From positions 1 to 64,000 of the forward strand of contig JAVECO010000113.1 in NCBI GenBank assembly GCA_051942205.1: DNA of 64,000 nucleotides, read 5' to 3'. The position numbers were made by a program, and so were the translations under genes. Position 1 is the first letter of the stretch. Every line of letters starts with the position of its first letter. Origin of the DNA: Coniocarpon cinnabarinum. Lineage: Eukaryota. The notes beneath the pieces were generated by a model that was not told the origin of the DNA, ran no database searches, and was given only the letters and a program-made list of their open reading frames with translations. This document shows, in pieces, positions 46,679 through 59,297 of the stretch.

Positions 46679-49600
46679 TCAACCATTGCTCGTCTGCCGC
46701 CTTCTCCTAGGATTGACAGCAGTCCTTTCATCTCCCACTGCTCGACCTCCTCTCAAGGGCGGGACGTGCTCTTTCTGCGGACTGACACTTAACCTGCCAC
46801 TTCTAGAGGGGAGGCCGGCGACGCTGGGGCGAGCTTGTAACCGTGCTTTAGCTGCGAGTGGTTCGCCAACGCCGTTGCTCATCGCCGCTGGCCCGTCGTA
46901 AAGACCATTCGATCCATTGACCTTTGATCCGTCTCGGCTCAGTGGCCTAAAAGATCCGTTCGCGCGTGATCGCGGAGTGTTGCTATAACCGTCAAGAGTA
47001 GTGTCGAAGTACGATGAATTGTGTACCGGTGTGCGGGTCGCGTGCGAGGGTGTAGGCGGCTGTGACGACGACGAATACAGCGCCGGCGGCGTGGCCGTTG
47101 AGTGGCTAGTGCGACGCGAGGCACTGAATCGATGGCTGCCATCGGTGGGATTACGAGGGTCGCTGTCGCTGGTAGTGATAAGGTCGTTGGCCATGTTGCG
47201 AACCAAGATCGCCGGATCAGACTCAGCGAGGCGTTGGATGGCATCGTAGAGTCCATACCGGCGAACAAGAGCACCTTGATCCTCAGTAGCATCACAGATC
47301 GAGCGAATGATACGCAGCAAGTTGCCACGCACAACCGCCTTCTTGTTACTGAGTTTCTGCACGGTTCGCCGGAAAAGCTCAGGATGCGCCAGCGACGCAG
47401 CGACCGGTGGAGACAAGCGGAGAAGCTTCTGCAATGGCTCCAAGAGATTTTCAAATCCATCTCCGGCAGAGTTCATCGGATTGGTGAAACAGCGGACAAT
47501 GGCGTCGCTAAACTTGTTGCGAAGGAGGTGCTCCTCGACTTTCGCTGTTTCTTCTTGCAGCCACACGAAAATTGCGTCGAGAGCAGTGACTTGCCAGTAT
47601 GGCTCAGCAAGTAACGAGATGTAGAAGTTAAGGCCTTTGTTCTGCCAGAGGAGTTTGCGACCGACACGTCCAGAATGGGCCATGTCGCAAAGAATGGGGA
47701 GCGCAAACTCCTTGACAGGTCGTTGCGTCTTGACCAGTTGTTGAAGAAGCGGGATGATCCCATTGAGAGCGGCATCTTCCTGTCGTGTCTTGCTAAGGCG
47801 ACATAGGTTGAACATAATATTCAAGACATTGTTGGAGATGTCGTCAAAATTGTCTTGCTTCATGCTTGAGCTCAGCAGATCCGTCAGCACCTCGATAGCG
47901 TTCGAATTCTGGAGGGCGTCAAGAGTCGTTGAAAGCATCGACAGATTTTTGATGAATTTGAGCATCGTGATGAGGCTCGTCGAAGACATGCGCTTCAAGT
48001 CTTTGAGCACACGCTTCAGCACCATGCGGTCAGCCACAATCTCTTTAACGTAGTTCTCCGCTTGTGAGAAACATAAGAAGATGCCCACTATCCTTTCTTC
48101 GACCAGCTCAGCAAGCTCACCTTCTTCCTCTAGAACGCGACTCAAGACTAGTGACAATGGGTATAGGACCTGATTTCGTGACAGCAGGCGGCAGAAGTCA
48201 GTCCGTGTTGCGCCACCCAAGTCGAACAAGCGTGACACTCCATTTACCCCTGTGAGTACCAGGTCTCGCTCAGCGTCGTAGTCTTCCTCTAGAAAGTCCA
48301 CCAAAACGTTCAAGCCACCGCAACTGATGAACATTTGCAAAGTCAGCGTTGATGTGCGATACATCTGGTTGACGAATGAAGCTGCCTCGAGTCGAACGTC
48401 GCTTGGAAATTTCTTGTCAGCGAAGCGAGTGATGATGGGAATGCCACCGACGAAGCAGAAGTTTTCTTGTATCTCATCGCTGTCCATGATGATGATATTG
48501 ACGACCTTTAGAAGTGCCAGACTAATGTCGCGAGGTGGATAAGTCTCGAGAATCTCCAGGATTGGTAGCAAGCCGTGAGAGCTGTTCACAGTTTCGCGTA
48601 GCGTGGGATCCTCGAACAGTGCTTCCTCCAATTGCTGTGAGGCATCAGCCAGAACGTCGTCAGGCTGACTGGTCTTTAGCTGAGCCACCAGGTTTTCCAC
48701 CATTGCGACCGTTCGCCCATGTTTCTCCCTAGCAATCTTAGTCTTCATGTCCATGGCATCGTCGAGCTCTTCTTCAAGCTCGGCAAAGGGGTCATCCTCT
48801 TCCTCATCGCTTCCGCGCCACGAAATACTGGACACATGTGACAGGATGCTATTGACGTTGACAAGACCTTGCTCGGCGCGGGTGTGTTTCGTGGCTCGGA
48901 CTAATGAGCGATCATCGGGACCAAACACGTCGGAAAAGTCGTTAGCATCTTCAAGTTTGTCCGCATACTTCATGATCTCAGTGGAGGACTTTGACTGATG
49001 ATGAAGACTCAGTTCACTGCTTGTCGACCGTCGGACAGACTTCGAAGACGACACTGAAGATGGGCTACTCTTCAAGTCTTCGACGTGCGCAAAAGCTGGT
49101 CGTGGCGCTGCCTTTCGTTCTTGCTTAGCTCGTAATAAATCCAGCTTCTCCTGGAACGCGTCCTCTTCCTCATCTTCAGCAATCAAGTCGGAATAGTCTT
49201 CAGCGTTCTGTTCGCGGAACATGGACGACGTTCGTTTAGGGGTTGGCCGAGGCGACTTTTTGGCTGGCTTCGGTTGTCCAGCCCGTTGCCCACTTGTTCG
49301 GTGAATCTGTGTCTTGGGCGCAGTGGATGGCTTTGCTCCAGGCTTCCCGGATTTCTCAACACTAACTTTGGACTTGGAATTTGGTTGTGCCGGCTTCTTT
49401 GGCGACCGCGGCCGGACTGTCTCAAGAGGGTCTGAAAAGCCCATGTCTGAAGATCCTTGGCGGCTATGTCCTTGATTGGCACCATGGGCTGGACTTGGGC
49501 TCGCATATGCCTTGAGCTTCTCCGCCGACAACTTTCCGTCGAAGTGATCTATGGGCTTTATTTGATTGTTCTTCACAAAGTCGGAGCCAATCGAGGACGC

Positions 49601-51074
49601 AAAGTCGTCATCCCAGCACTCGGTATCGTCTTCATTAGCTTGCAGAAGACGTTGGGTGTCCTGCGGCCCTCTACCAGTCACCGGGGGAGCAGCTCTCATC
49701 TGCGGGATTGGCGATCCTCTTCGATCGAAGTGGTCAGGTAGGTCTTTTGATAGCGGCGCAATTGTGCTGCCATTTACCGAAGATCCGACGGTGCTGTTGT
49801 TAGGTGAAGACTTGAGAGCCTCGTTCCATTCTTGGACACTTTTGACAGCCTCATCGAACTTGGTGACTTTCGAGGGTTCCACGGCGTTGGCACGCTTGTT
49901 ATTGACAATCCACGGGTGCTTTAACAGTTTCTTCGCAGAAACTCGCAGGTTTGGGTCCTTCTGAAAGCATTGCGTCAAAAAATCTTCACATGCCTGCGAG
50001 ATACTTTCCGGGAGTGGCGGGTGATCATCATTGACAATCCGATACAAAGCCGCAACAGAGTTGAAGTTATGATACGGCGGCTTGCCTTCGAGTAACTCAA
50101 TGACGGTGCAACCCAGACTCCAGATATCGGAAGCAGTGGTAGCTCCTGAGAGTGTGATGACTTCTGGAGCCATCCAGTAAGGCGTGCCGACCACACTCGA
50201 GTTCATTAGCTCGGGCCCATTGCGAGTCGCAACACCAAAGTCAGCAAGCTTCACATTTCCCTCTTTGGTGGTGAGGATGTTAGCACCCTTTATATCGCGG
50301 TGTATGACACCTTGTTCATGCAGGTAGAGCAGCCCCTGCAACACTTGGGCCATATAGAGTGCTACTAGGCTTTCCGGAAACTTGCCAAAGTTCCTGCAGA
50401 TGGTGTGTAGCGACCCATTTTCGCAATACCTGCAATGTGTCAGAGCAAAGTCGATCTTGAGAGCGGAGACAACGTACTCAAGGATAATGTACAATGACTC
50501 GGTAGACTTGACGAAGCCATGATACTTCACAATGTTTGCATGCTGTGAATCGGTTAGCACCAGTAGAGAGAAGGCCAAACACTACACGCACATGAAGGTT
50601 TTTGAGGAGATCTATCTCCATCTGCACCACGATCAAATCAACACGTCCGTCGTTCATACATAGCTTCTAGAGCCTTACCATAATGACATGAAGCTCATTC
50701 TTCGGTAGATCTGCAAGCTTGATCTGCTTGATGGCCACTGTCTCTCCATTGCTCCAGTTCAAGGCACGGTATACAGCTCCGCATGCGCCCTTGCCAATAC
50801 AGTCTCCCAGTTGCTGCAGCAGTCAGCGAAGCTCTTCTGATACCGGCGGTTTGCTCACATAGTCCTTCAAGCTGGTATCTTGTTTGCGCTCCTCTTTAGT
50901 CTTGTCTTTCGACCTTGCTGCAGGTGCGGATGACCGCGCTGCTGGTTTGGTGACATTATGTGATTTGTTATTCCCATTGGCGCCATTGGAGCTTTTGTCA
51001 TTCGGCAGTTTGGATGCGTGGTTGGTCTTGTCGGCATTCGTCCTTTGCAGGTTCGCCGCAGAGGCTTGCGGCAT
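46679..51074 (-). CDS. sepH: Septation-initiation-network kinase SepH/Cdc15/Cdc7(Sp), several 5' introns
   Basis: LKDY|QLGDCIGKGACGAVYRALNWSNGETVAIKQI, HRDIKGANIL, DFG and GTPYWMAPE, followed by long ARM-like repeats (RQEDAALNGIIP, WLQEETAKVE). Confidence 0.94.
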
Positions 51075-51607
51075 TGTTTATGACGGCTGGTCAGGAGGGA
51101 TCAAAAGGCGAGTGCGGGGAGGGACTATCTCCATCGACCATTGCAGAGATGTCCTGCGGTAAGATCAGGCTGTCAGCCGTTTTGTTGTTTGCCGGGATCT
51201 GGCGTCTAGTATATCATTGATGGTGATGACGAGCGACAGCGCAGGATATCGGTCTCATACCATGACCATTAACACGGGAAAGATGCAGAATACAACTACT
51301 GAATATCATGGACGGGAATTGCAGACATATTCGGGCTTGCTGCGCAAGTTACGGAAATTAGAAATTGTGCAGGGCATGGTGAGGTTGAACAGCATGAAAT
51401 TGAAGTCAGCTCTTTGCGGACAAGATCCGCGTTTAGACGCGTGCCACACTTCCGGGGCTCAGATCACCCATTGCACAGCACACACGCTTTTCGAAAGATC
51501 GAAAGATCAGCAGACTTTGCACGTGTCACCGTTTCATTCAGAGCCGCATGAGGGGCTGTCAAGTCTATCGTATCTATTCATGTCCTGTGTGATGCCCTCC
51601 GACAAGC

Positions 51608-52588
51608 TCATGCCCCACCCAGGACATTAATTACGCCACCGTCAACGGCAATGATTTGACCATTGACATACATGTTTTTCGTAAGGAACAACTTAACGAC
51701 GTTAGTGAGCCGCTCGACAATTGTGTAGTGAGAGCGCAGCTTACAATGGTCTGAGCCATCTCTTGGTCCAACCCATGTCTTTGGATCGGCACATGACCCT
51801 TAGACTTCACGTATTCGTCTGATAGAGCGCTCTTCTGATCGGAGCCACTCTCTTTTGCGGTCAACTCGCTTGGGAAATAGCCTGGCGCGATGCTGTTCAC
51901 TCTAACCCCTAGCTTCAAGAACTCTGCACTCATCATCTTCGTCAATTGGATAGTTGCGCCCTTGGCTGCATTGTAGTTGAAGTGCGCTTGGGCGTTTCGC
52001 ACGATGCCACTCATCGAAGAAATGGTAATGACTGACGGATGAAAATGCTCGTGAGATTGTTTCGCGGCTTGGAGAAGGGGCAGGAAAGCGATAGTTGTAA
52101 AGTAGACAGAAGTTACGTCCGCACTGTATACTTCGTTCCAAGCTTCAACCGTCTCCTTCTCCCACAGCTCCTCTTTCATTTCCTCAGCATCTGATGAACC
52201 AGGCTCTGCTTTGGTTCCTGGAATACCAGCGGAGGTAACAAGAACATTCACATGTTTTTCTTTGCTACTGATCTCCTTCACGAGCACGTCCAAGTCTTCT
52301 TTCTTTTTCACATCGCATGGACCCATAGGAATGATTGAACCATTTTCCGGTGTATGTGCAACTGCGGCTTTGTCAAGTACTTCTTTGCGCCTGCCAGTAA
52401 TGTATACCCTTGCACCTGCACATCTCACGATTAGAACAAATCTCACAGATTTGTCTCGACTCACGTGCCGTTCGCTGCTAGAGCTTGAGAAGCCATCAAG
52501 CCAATGCCGGTTCCTCCGCCTGTTACTACACAAACGTGATCTCGAACCTGAAAGAGGAGCGACGACCTCAGCTCGCTTGTGGACGCCA
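51608..52588 (-). CDS. Short-chain dehydrogenase/reductase, 2 introns (first probably GC-AG)
   Basis: VVTGGGTGIGLM, VYITGRR, catalytic YNAAK, RVNSIAPGYFPSE and the NGQIIAVDGG end. Confidence 0.92.
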
Positions 52589-52774
52589 TTGTATTTGATG
52601 TTGATGCCAAAGGAGTCTGGTTGATGCTGTCGTTAGAGATCCACCAATCTTACCGGGAATCTTTTTAGCATCTGTAAATAGTGTGACGTCATCAGAGCTA
52701 ATCTGTTAGAGGAAAGGTCAAAACATTGTCGTTGGGGTGGTATAAGTTGCAGAGACAGGTCAGGATCGTTGATT

Positions 52775-54201
52775 TTAGTCAATCTTCCAATGACTGGTCA
52801 AACTGCCCTCATCACTGATGCCCATATACAGCTCAACTGCATATAAGAGCATAGTCATGCCAAGATTGAGCCATCGCCAAATGTTGCCGCCAGCGTCTCC
52901 GCCTTGGTTGGTCCACCAGTCCGCAGCGTGACCATTGCTGCTTGCGGATGCGAAGTGCTGCATGAGGAGGCCGGTGTAAACAGATATGAGAATACTAGGA
53001 CTAAACCAGCTGAGCAGGCCGAGAATTTGCCCTACGCCGTCACTGTCCTCCAGTGTTGGTTCTTGTGATAGAGCGCGGGCCCCAGACTCGCGAACAGCTG
53101 GGATGATACGAGTGCTAGCATAGAAAACACAGACTCGATAGGCTAGTGAAATGATCACCGATGGCGTAATTGTCATTATTGCAGCCATAATGAAGCCGAA
53201 CGCGGAGTGAATCGTCTCAGGCAATGATGACAACATTTGTGTAAGGGTGGTATAGGACGCCATCAGCATTGGTGGGAGAGGCGGGAACTCTGGTTGCGGT
53301 GCCGGGGGCAAATTATCAGCTCCGATGGCGGGCTGATAGTCTGTGAAAATTTGGTAGATACATAGCGTGACATACGCGAACTGTACAAGACATCAGCAAG
53401 AGGACTGATAGTGAGTAAGTAAATTCCCATACCAGGAGCGAGCTCTCGATTGGATTGCCACGACCGCTCACGATGCCCCATGCACAGAGGAACATAACGC
53501 AGGTGACAGCAGAACCAATGAGTATGGCGTCTACGTTGCCAAGCTCAGGAAAGGTGGTTATTCGGTAAACGAAGTAGACGGCAGTCGAGATGATGGAAGC
53601 GGATAGTGCAAGCAAGCCGATCTAGGATATGTCAGTCGTGTTTCCAGTATAGGATTGACCATGCAGTATGACCTACCATCCAGCCATCTCCGCCTTCTTT
53701 GTTCACAACCCAACGCGTGATTTGTCCAGCAGCTTGAATAACGAGCAAACTGCAAAACCCTTCGGCCAACTGGAATACAGGCACAGACCACTGCATCAGG
53801 CGATCCCATGCACCAATGCTCAGTGATTGCATCAGACCATGTCTCCCGAAAAGCCATTGCTGCACGGACTCATCGCCTGCCCGCTTGCGGTTGAAAGTCC
53901 GCTCAACCCATCCGGACGTTTCGCCAGAGTCAACGGAGTATTGATTGAGGCTCCAAATGAGTAGCGCGGGAATTACCACCCACTGACAGACGGCGGTGAA
54001 GTTGACCAAAGCATATCGAAATCGTGAGGTATCTGGCGTGATCAGGCGAAGCGAGGAGTAAGCGAAATAGAAGAGTGTTAGAGCAAGCGAAAATGCAAGC
54101 CCACAATCACGCCCGCCCACATCGAAAGCCAGAGGTATGGTGAAGACGATGGAGAAGAGAAAGAGTATCGACGTCGTAATCCGCAGCAATCCAGCAAACA
54201 T
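52775..54201 (-). CDS. ICE2: ER membrane protein Ice2, several introns
   Basis: TIPLAFDVGGRDCGLAFSL..FQLAEGFCSLLVIQAAGQ..GIVSGRGNPIESSLL..YTGLLMQHF. Confidence 0.92.
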
Positions 54202-55065
54202 GGTCGTTCGATAAGAGTTGAATGGGTTTTGGGAGATCCACAGTGCCGACGGCCAGGTCTGTCAGAGCTTCTGACTCTCTGCCTGTACAAAAGGTAGGAC
54301 CCAGGATGTTGTTGGTATGGGCTTCACGCCTGTCGAGAGCAGTGAATCTGACACACGTGCTGTTATTGTTATGTTCCCTTGTTTGTGGTCAACGGGCGAG
54401 CCAAAGTTGATGATCGGTGGCTGTCAGGAGCCAGGAGGGAAGATGGCTATGTCTGTCGCGTGTGCAGTCGACATTTGAATTTGTGGTCTGAGCAATGGAC
54501 GGTATGGAACAGAACTAGCATGCAGCTTGGCAAACAACGTAATGGTTACGAGAAGAGTGTTGAAACGAAGTGAAAGGTCCTTGGGCGCTTGGAAATGAAG
54601 GAAAGACTACGGTCGGGCAGATTAAAGCAACAAGCTATCAAGCACGAGCGTGACAAGGTGCGATGCTGCCAACATTTGGCGCACGGGCGCTTCCAGTCGG
54701 TCAGGTCCACTATCATTCACGTGTAGGGCTGATGCGCGTCATGCCAAGCCTAGAATCTGTCAAAATCATGTGACGTTCCCGTATCTCAACTTTATCTTAT
54801 TTCCAAAGCTGCGAGGAGAGGGAGGGGATCACCGACGGCTCAAAACTTCATACTACGACATCGACGTTGGTGGACAGACGCGTGTTTGTATGCGTATCGC
54901 GCAGCCTGGGTACTGCAATTTCTGTTTCAGCTATATCAACTTAATTCCAGGCTTTCTGCACCCATCAAATGCATCTTCTTTTGCGTTGCTCAAGACGCCT
55001 CGCTAATTCCCCAAGCATATAACTTTTGCCTGAACTGATAGACATCCCCATCATATGCCTGCGTC

Positions 55066-57224
55066 TCAATGGATATCCTCCCCTCTCTCTACTGCCCCCA
55101 GCAGACTTCGCATTCTCTCCAAACGGTCTCGTGCGTCTCTCAACTCCCGCATCTGCCGATCAGTTGCGCCAGGCTCTTGCGCCATAGTCTCCATTTCCCC
55201 TATTGCGGACTCCATGCCTCTCAAGCTTTCTCGTGCGGAAGCAAGCCTTTCAGCTTCGCTCCGCTCTTGTGTAGGTTGGTGATTCGACTGATGATGACTG
55301 CGATGTGACGAAAACGATGGACGAGACCGCCGTGCCCGGCGCGGAGCTGCATGAATAGACTCACGACTGCGTTCAAGCGCGCTCAGTACCGTTCGTCGCG
55401 TGTCCGCTGGCAAGGAACTTAGGGCGGCTTGACGCACCGTCTCGTCACGGGAGCGGAGACGGGTGAGAACGCCATCGGTGTCTTGAAGGACATCTGCCAG
55501 AGATAGCCCGTCTCCATGGCTGTTATCTCGTCCTGTGCGATGCTGATCAACGATGCCCTCATCAAGATCATTGACGTCGAGCGTTGCAATGGTGCTTTCT
55601 TGCTCGCGAATGCGTCGTTGCGCGTCTCTGAGCGAACGCATACCAGCCTCCACTCGCCTCGCACGCTCCTGACGGCCTCTGGAGCGATAGCCTGGCTCAC
55701 GTAGATGTAGAAGCGGGTCTGCACCATGACTCACTCTATGAGCGCGCGCCTCAGCCCGGGCACGGACAGTCCGCTCGAGAGAATCATGCAAGGCGTTGAC
55801 ATCTTCGACTAAGGCTCTGATCTCATTGTTATTGCCCGATCCCTCTTCTTCGTCGCTAGTTCCTGGGTGCGTTGCACCGAGATCCACAGGAGAGGATGAT
55901 TGGAATGACTCGGCAAGTGAACAGAAGGAGGATACCAGCCGGTCTGTGCGATCCCGCAATGTGGAGATTGCGCTGTACAGGGCGTGAATGTCAGGATTTT
56001 GGCTGGGCGAATCGAGGTTCGAGGATGAGATTGGCGATTGCAATGTGGTAGGGTCGCGGGCCGGGACAGGCTCAAAGCTGAGATTGTCGCGAAGAGATTC
56101 ATGGGCAGACGGTGGAGTCGGCGGGGCTTGATCGTCGACAACATCGATGGGGTCTTCGAAGGGCGCAGGGCGCGAGAGCGGCGACAAAGGCGTTTCAGTG
56201 GGCCGGAGGCGCGGAGATCGCACAAGCCACGGATTCACTCGAGGCCTTGCATCCGAGGGTGCCCAGCGAGGTGGGGGCGCAGGGAACGATGTGGCAGCAG
56301 AATTGAAAGAGGTTTCAGCACTGACAGGAAGACTGGGGTCAGGCGTTATGGTGGTGAGGAGAGTCTCCCACTGATTGGCATCAGGACTGAGGCTGCGGTC
56401 ATGAGCATCTCCATTTGCAGACTCGTTGTCTGATTCAGAGAAGTAATGGCGCTCTTCTCTACGTCTCCTCTGCGGTGCTCCAGAAACAAGTTGGGGTGAG
56501 GGTGTTCGGGTGCGTTCGTTGATACTGCGGCCATTCATGCGACGAAGAGGCGGCATATCATCCATGAGGCCCGGCGATGCGACAGGTCGTTCGTTTGTGA
56601 TTGTCCCTCGTCGCGACCTTGGTCTTAGCCGTGCTTGAGAGACTTGAGACAAGAGCGGTCTTCCCGACGGAGAACGAGGTACATATAGCCCACGCTGTTC
56701 TTCGTCGTCGTCATCATCGGTAGCCGAGGGCAGGACTGTAATCTCAGGTCCGGCATTATTGCGTCTTCGAGGTCGTGAGGTGCCACGTTGACTGGGAAGA
56801 GAGGGCACTGGAGGAATCTCGCGCGTTGGAGGGGCTGGAGGCGGACTGCGCAATGAACCTCTCAAGTATGCGTGTGACAGAGGGTGCAAATGCGCAGATC
56901 GTGAGCCATGTGGGTAGCGAACGGAGGCCTGACGGCGGATCGCAGATCTTGCGGCGCCATGTTGGGGAGTGAGATCGGCTGAAGGTTTTGCGACAGCAGT
57001 TGAAGAGGTCGCCGCGCAACAGGTGCCGGAAGACTTGCGCTCAGAAGGTTCAACCCAGATAGCTTTGTGGTCCGAATGTCAGCAATGTCCAGCCACGATG
57101 ATGAAAGTCCGCGAATGCGGCTCCGCGACTCGACTTGGGCGCATGGGGCAAGCGCGCGTCTTGTTTCGGCGGCGCGTTGCGCGCGCAGGCGGTGCACAGA
57201 GGTTAGGAACTTACGTAGACCCAT
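55066..57224 (-). CDS. Disordered Arg/Pro/Ser-rich hypothetical protein, 1 intron after a 10-nt first exon
   Basis: ATGGGTCTAC|GTAAGT..GCTGAC..AAG|CTATCTGG gives MGLPIWVEP..AARSAIRRQASVR, in frame with the 607-aa ORF, which contains WETLLTTITPDPSLP. Confidence 0.8.
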
Positions 57225-59042
57225 GTCGGCAGCTCCCAAAATTCCGATGAGCAGAATGGCCGTGCTCGCGCGACCACAGCGACACCGGGAAGAGCACGCG
57301 AAGAGTGGAGAGGGGATGAGTGGAGATGTAAGGATTGCAGACAGCAGAAACAAGAACGAATGTGAAAGCGTGGCAAGGACGCGGCGGGCGCGAAGAGGCG
57401 GAGCGGGAGAGGCTGGCGCTCACTGTGACACTCGAGCCAATCAGCTTCCCTGACTCGCTCACCTCGAAAGTTGACCCCTCTCACGTGCCTTGCTCATCTT
57501 CTGAAACCCTTAGCCTGTGCGCAGCCCGGCCATTCACGTGATTTTCTCCCCCAACATACCTCTCTTGTTTTCTGTGCTTTCCCAACAGAGCTGCTGTCGT
57601 TGAAACTGCTTTGAAGCGCACCAGCGACTGCAAGCATATTGAAAAGCAATGCATGAACCATCATCAACGTGTGGCGGTCAAACCCATGGCCGTCAAATCC
57701 AAAGACGGCCACGTGGGCAGTAATGGCATTGCTCAATGCGTGGACTAGCGTCAGAGAGAACTCCATTGAATTTGAATAGCTATTCGCTTCTCTTCAAGTC
57801 GGGTTTCTGAAAAGCAAGCCATCTTCGCACAAAAGAGAAAGAGTTTCCGCCTAGCATGAGGCCTGACTGGATCGCGCTTGGTGAAAACGTGAAAGCGTTA
57901 TCCATCTCCAGCAGGCTGCATGGTATTTCCGTCGGTGTGCGTCAATGTCACATGGGTGTGTAGAAAGTCGTAAAGAACGTGATGACCGTCCAGTCGAGCG
58001 CGCGTATTCCCAGTGCTGTGATATTATGGTAGGTGCTATTGAACACACGGGAGACTCCCGTCAGACCCAGAGATTCAGGTGCAACATCGACGTTCATAGT
58101 CACTGGAGCTGGCAGCGGTGATCTCGCAGATTCACAACGCAGGTATTTATGACCTCGACGAGAAGCGCTCTTGCTGTACATAACTGGAATGAAAACTCCT
58201 CGCTAGTGTCACATTATTAGTGACGTTGATCCTTGGAGTCTTTTGGTCGAACAGAGGCTGTGCTAGGCGTACATAAGCCTGTTGATTTCACTGTTAGCGG
58301 AGCAAAGGCTCTGTTAGTGAATAGCTCCCAAACGTACTACCATAGTGGAATGGCTGAACAACTTTCGAATGCTCTTTTGGGTCAGGTCTTAAGCCAATTC
58401 TCATAGCAATTTTGGCTTGGGTGGTTTAAGAACATGAGAAGACGTTGCACTGCGCGAAGGGCAGTACAATGCTTTTAAGACTGGAAAGGAGAAATAGATC
58501 GCCAGCTGGATGCTAAAAACATGCATGGGGCGGGGGTCCGTCTTACCGTCAGAATCAGCTCCGCTTTCCTTTTGCGTTTCTGACAGTAGACTTTGCTTAG
58601 CGGATGCATCAGCTGAACATTTGTCCAAATTTGGAAGATCAACGAGTGTTAAAGCCAGAGCGCTTGCGGTCACAGTGGCAGACTTTGCGCAAGAATCGGT
58701 GAGCGTACATATAGCAGCATGGTGATCAAGTCTTCGCAACCAAACGTACGATCTCCCTACATAAACCTGGTATAGCGGGTACAGCGGCAGTGGCTCGTGC
58801 AGATGGTCCGTCTTGCAAATAATCAAAGAGAGAGAAGCGTGATGTAGGAGAAGCTCCAATAAGTCTGACTTTGCGACAGTCTGATGTATAGAGTCTGGGC
58901 TTTAAGGCTCTGCTGCCGGCATAATTGTTGCCGGCATAATTGTATGAGTGCGACTAAATCCGATTTAATGTTCGGACGACTCGCTAGATGAGATGGAATG
59001 AAAATGCTTTCTGTGCCCCAAAGGACTGAAGGCTTTGCAGCT

Positions 59043-59170
59043 TGTTCATCAGATACCGTCGTAGGCAAATGTATCGTCAACAGGTGGACAGTCATCATTC
59101 CACAATGAAGCGAGAATGAGCTGCTTCCCTCAGTGCTTGACTCTATTTTGCTTTTGTCATCACTTGAACA
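59043..59170 (-). ncRNA. snR79: Box C/D snoRNA, snR79-like (guides 18S Cm1007, yeast numbering)
   Basis: Terminal stem UGUUCA/UGAACA, box C GUGAUGA (59163-59157), D' CUGA, C' AUGAUGA and box D CUGA (59052-59049). The guide CUACGACGGUAU is antisense to the conserved 18S sequence AUACCGUCGUAG, and the D+5 rule targets the second C. Confidence 0.88.
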
Positions 59171-59297
59171 GAGTTGCGTTCTTGTTTGATAAGTCCGACT
59201 TGTTTGACCAAGCATCGGCGCATCACGAGCTTTGACATGTCCCGAAAGACAAGCCATGATGCCCTGACAGACTTGTGAGAAAAAAGGATGGGAATGG

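Noticed and set aside
50430..50477. In-frame insertion (VVSALKIDFALTHCR) in the SepH kinase domain
   Set aside because: An ordinary 48-nt intron (GTACGT..CTGAC..CAG) that happens to lack stops.
59048..59064. 17-nt identity to 18S rRNA (ATCAGATACCGTCGTAG) suggesting an rDNA fragment
   Set aside because: The flanks are not rRNA. It is the antisense guide plus box D of a snoRNA on the other strand.
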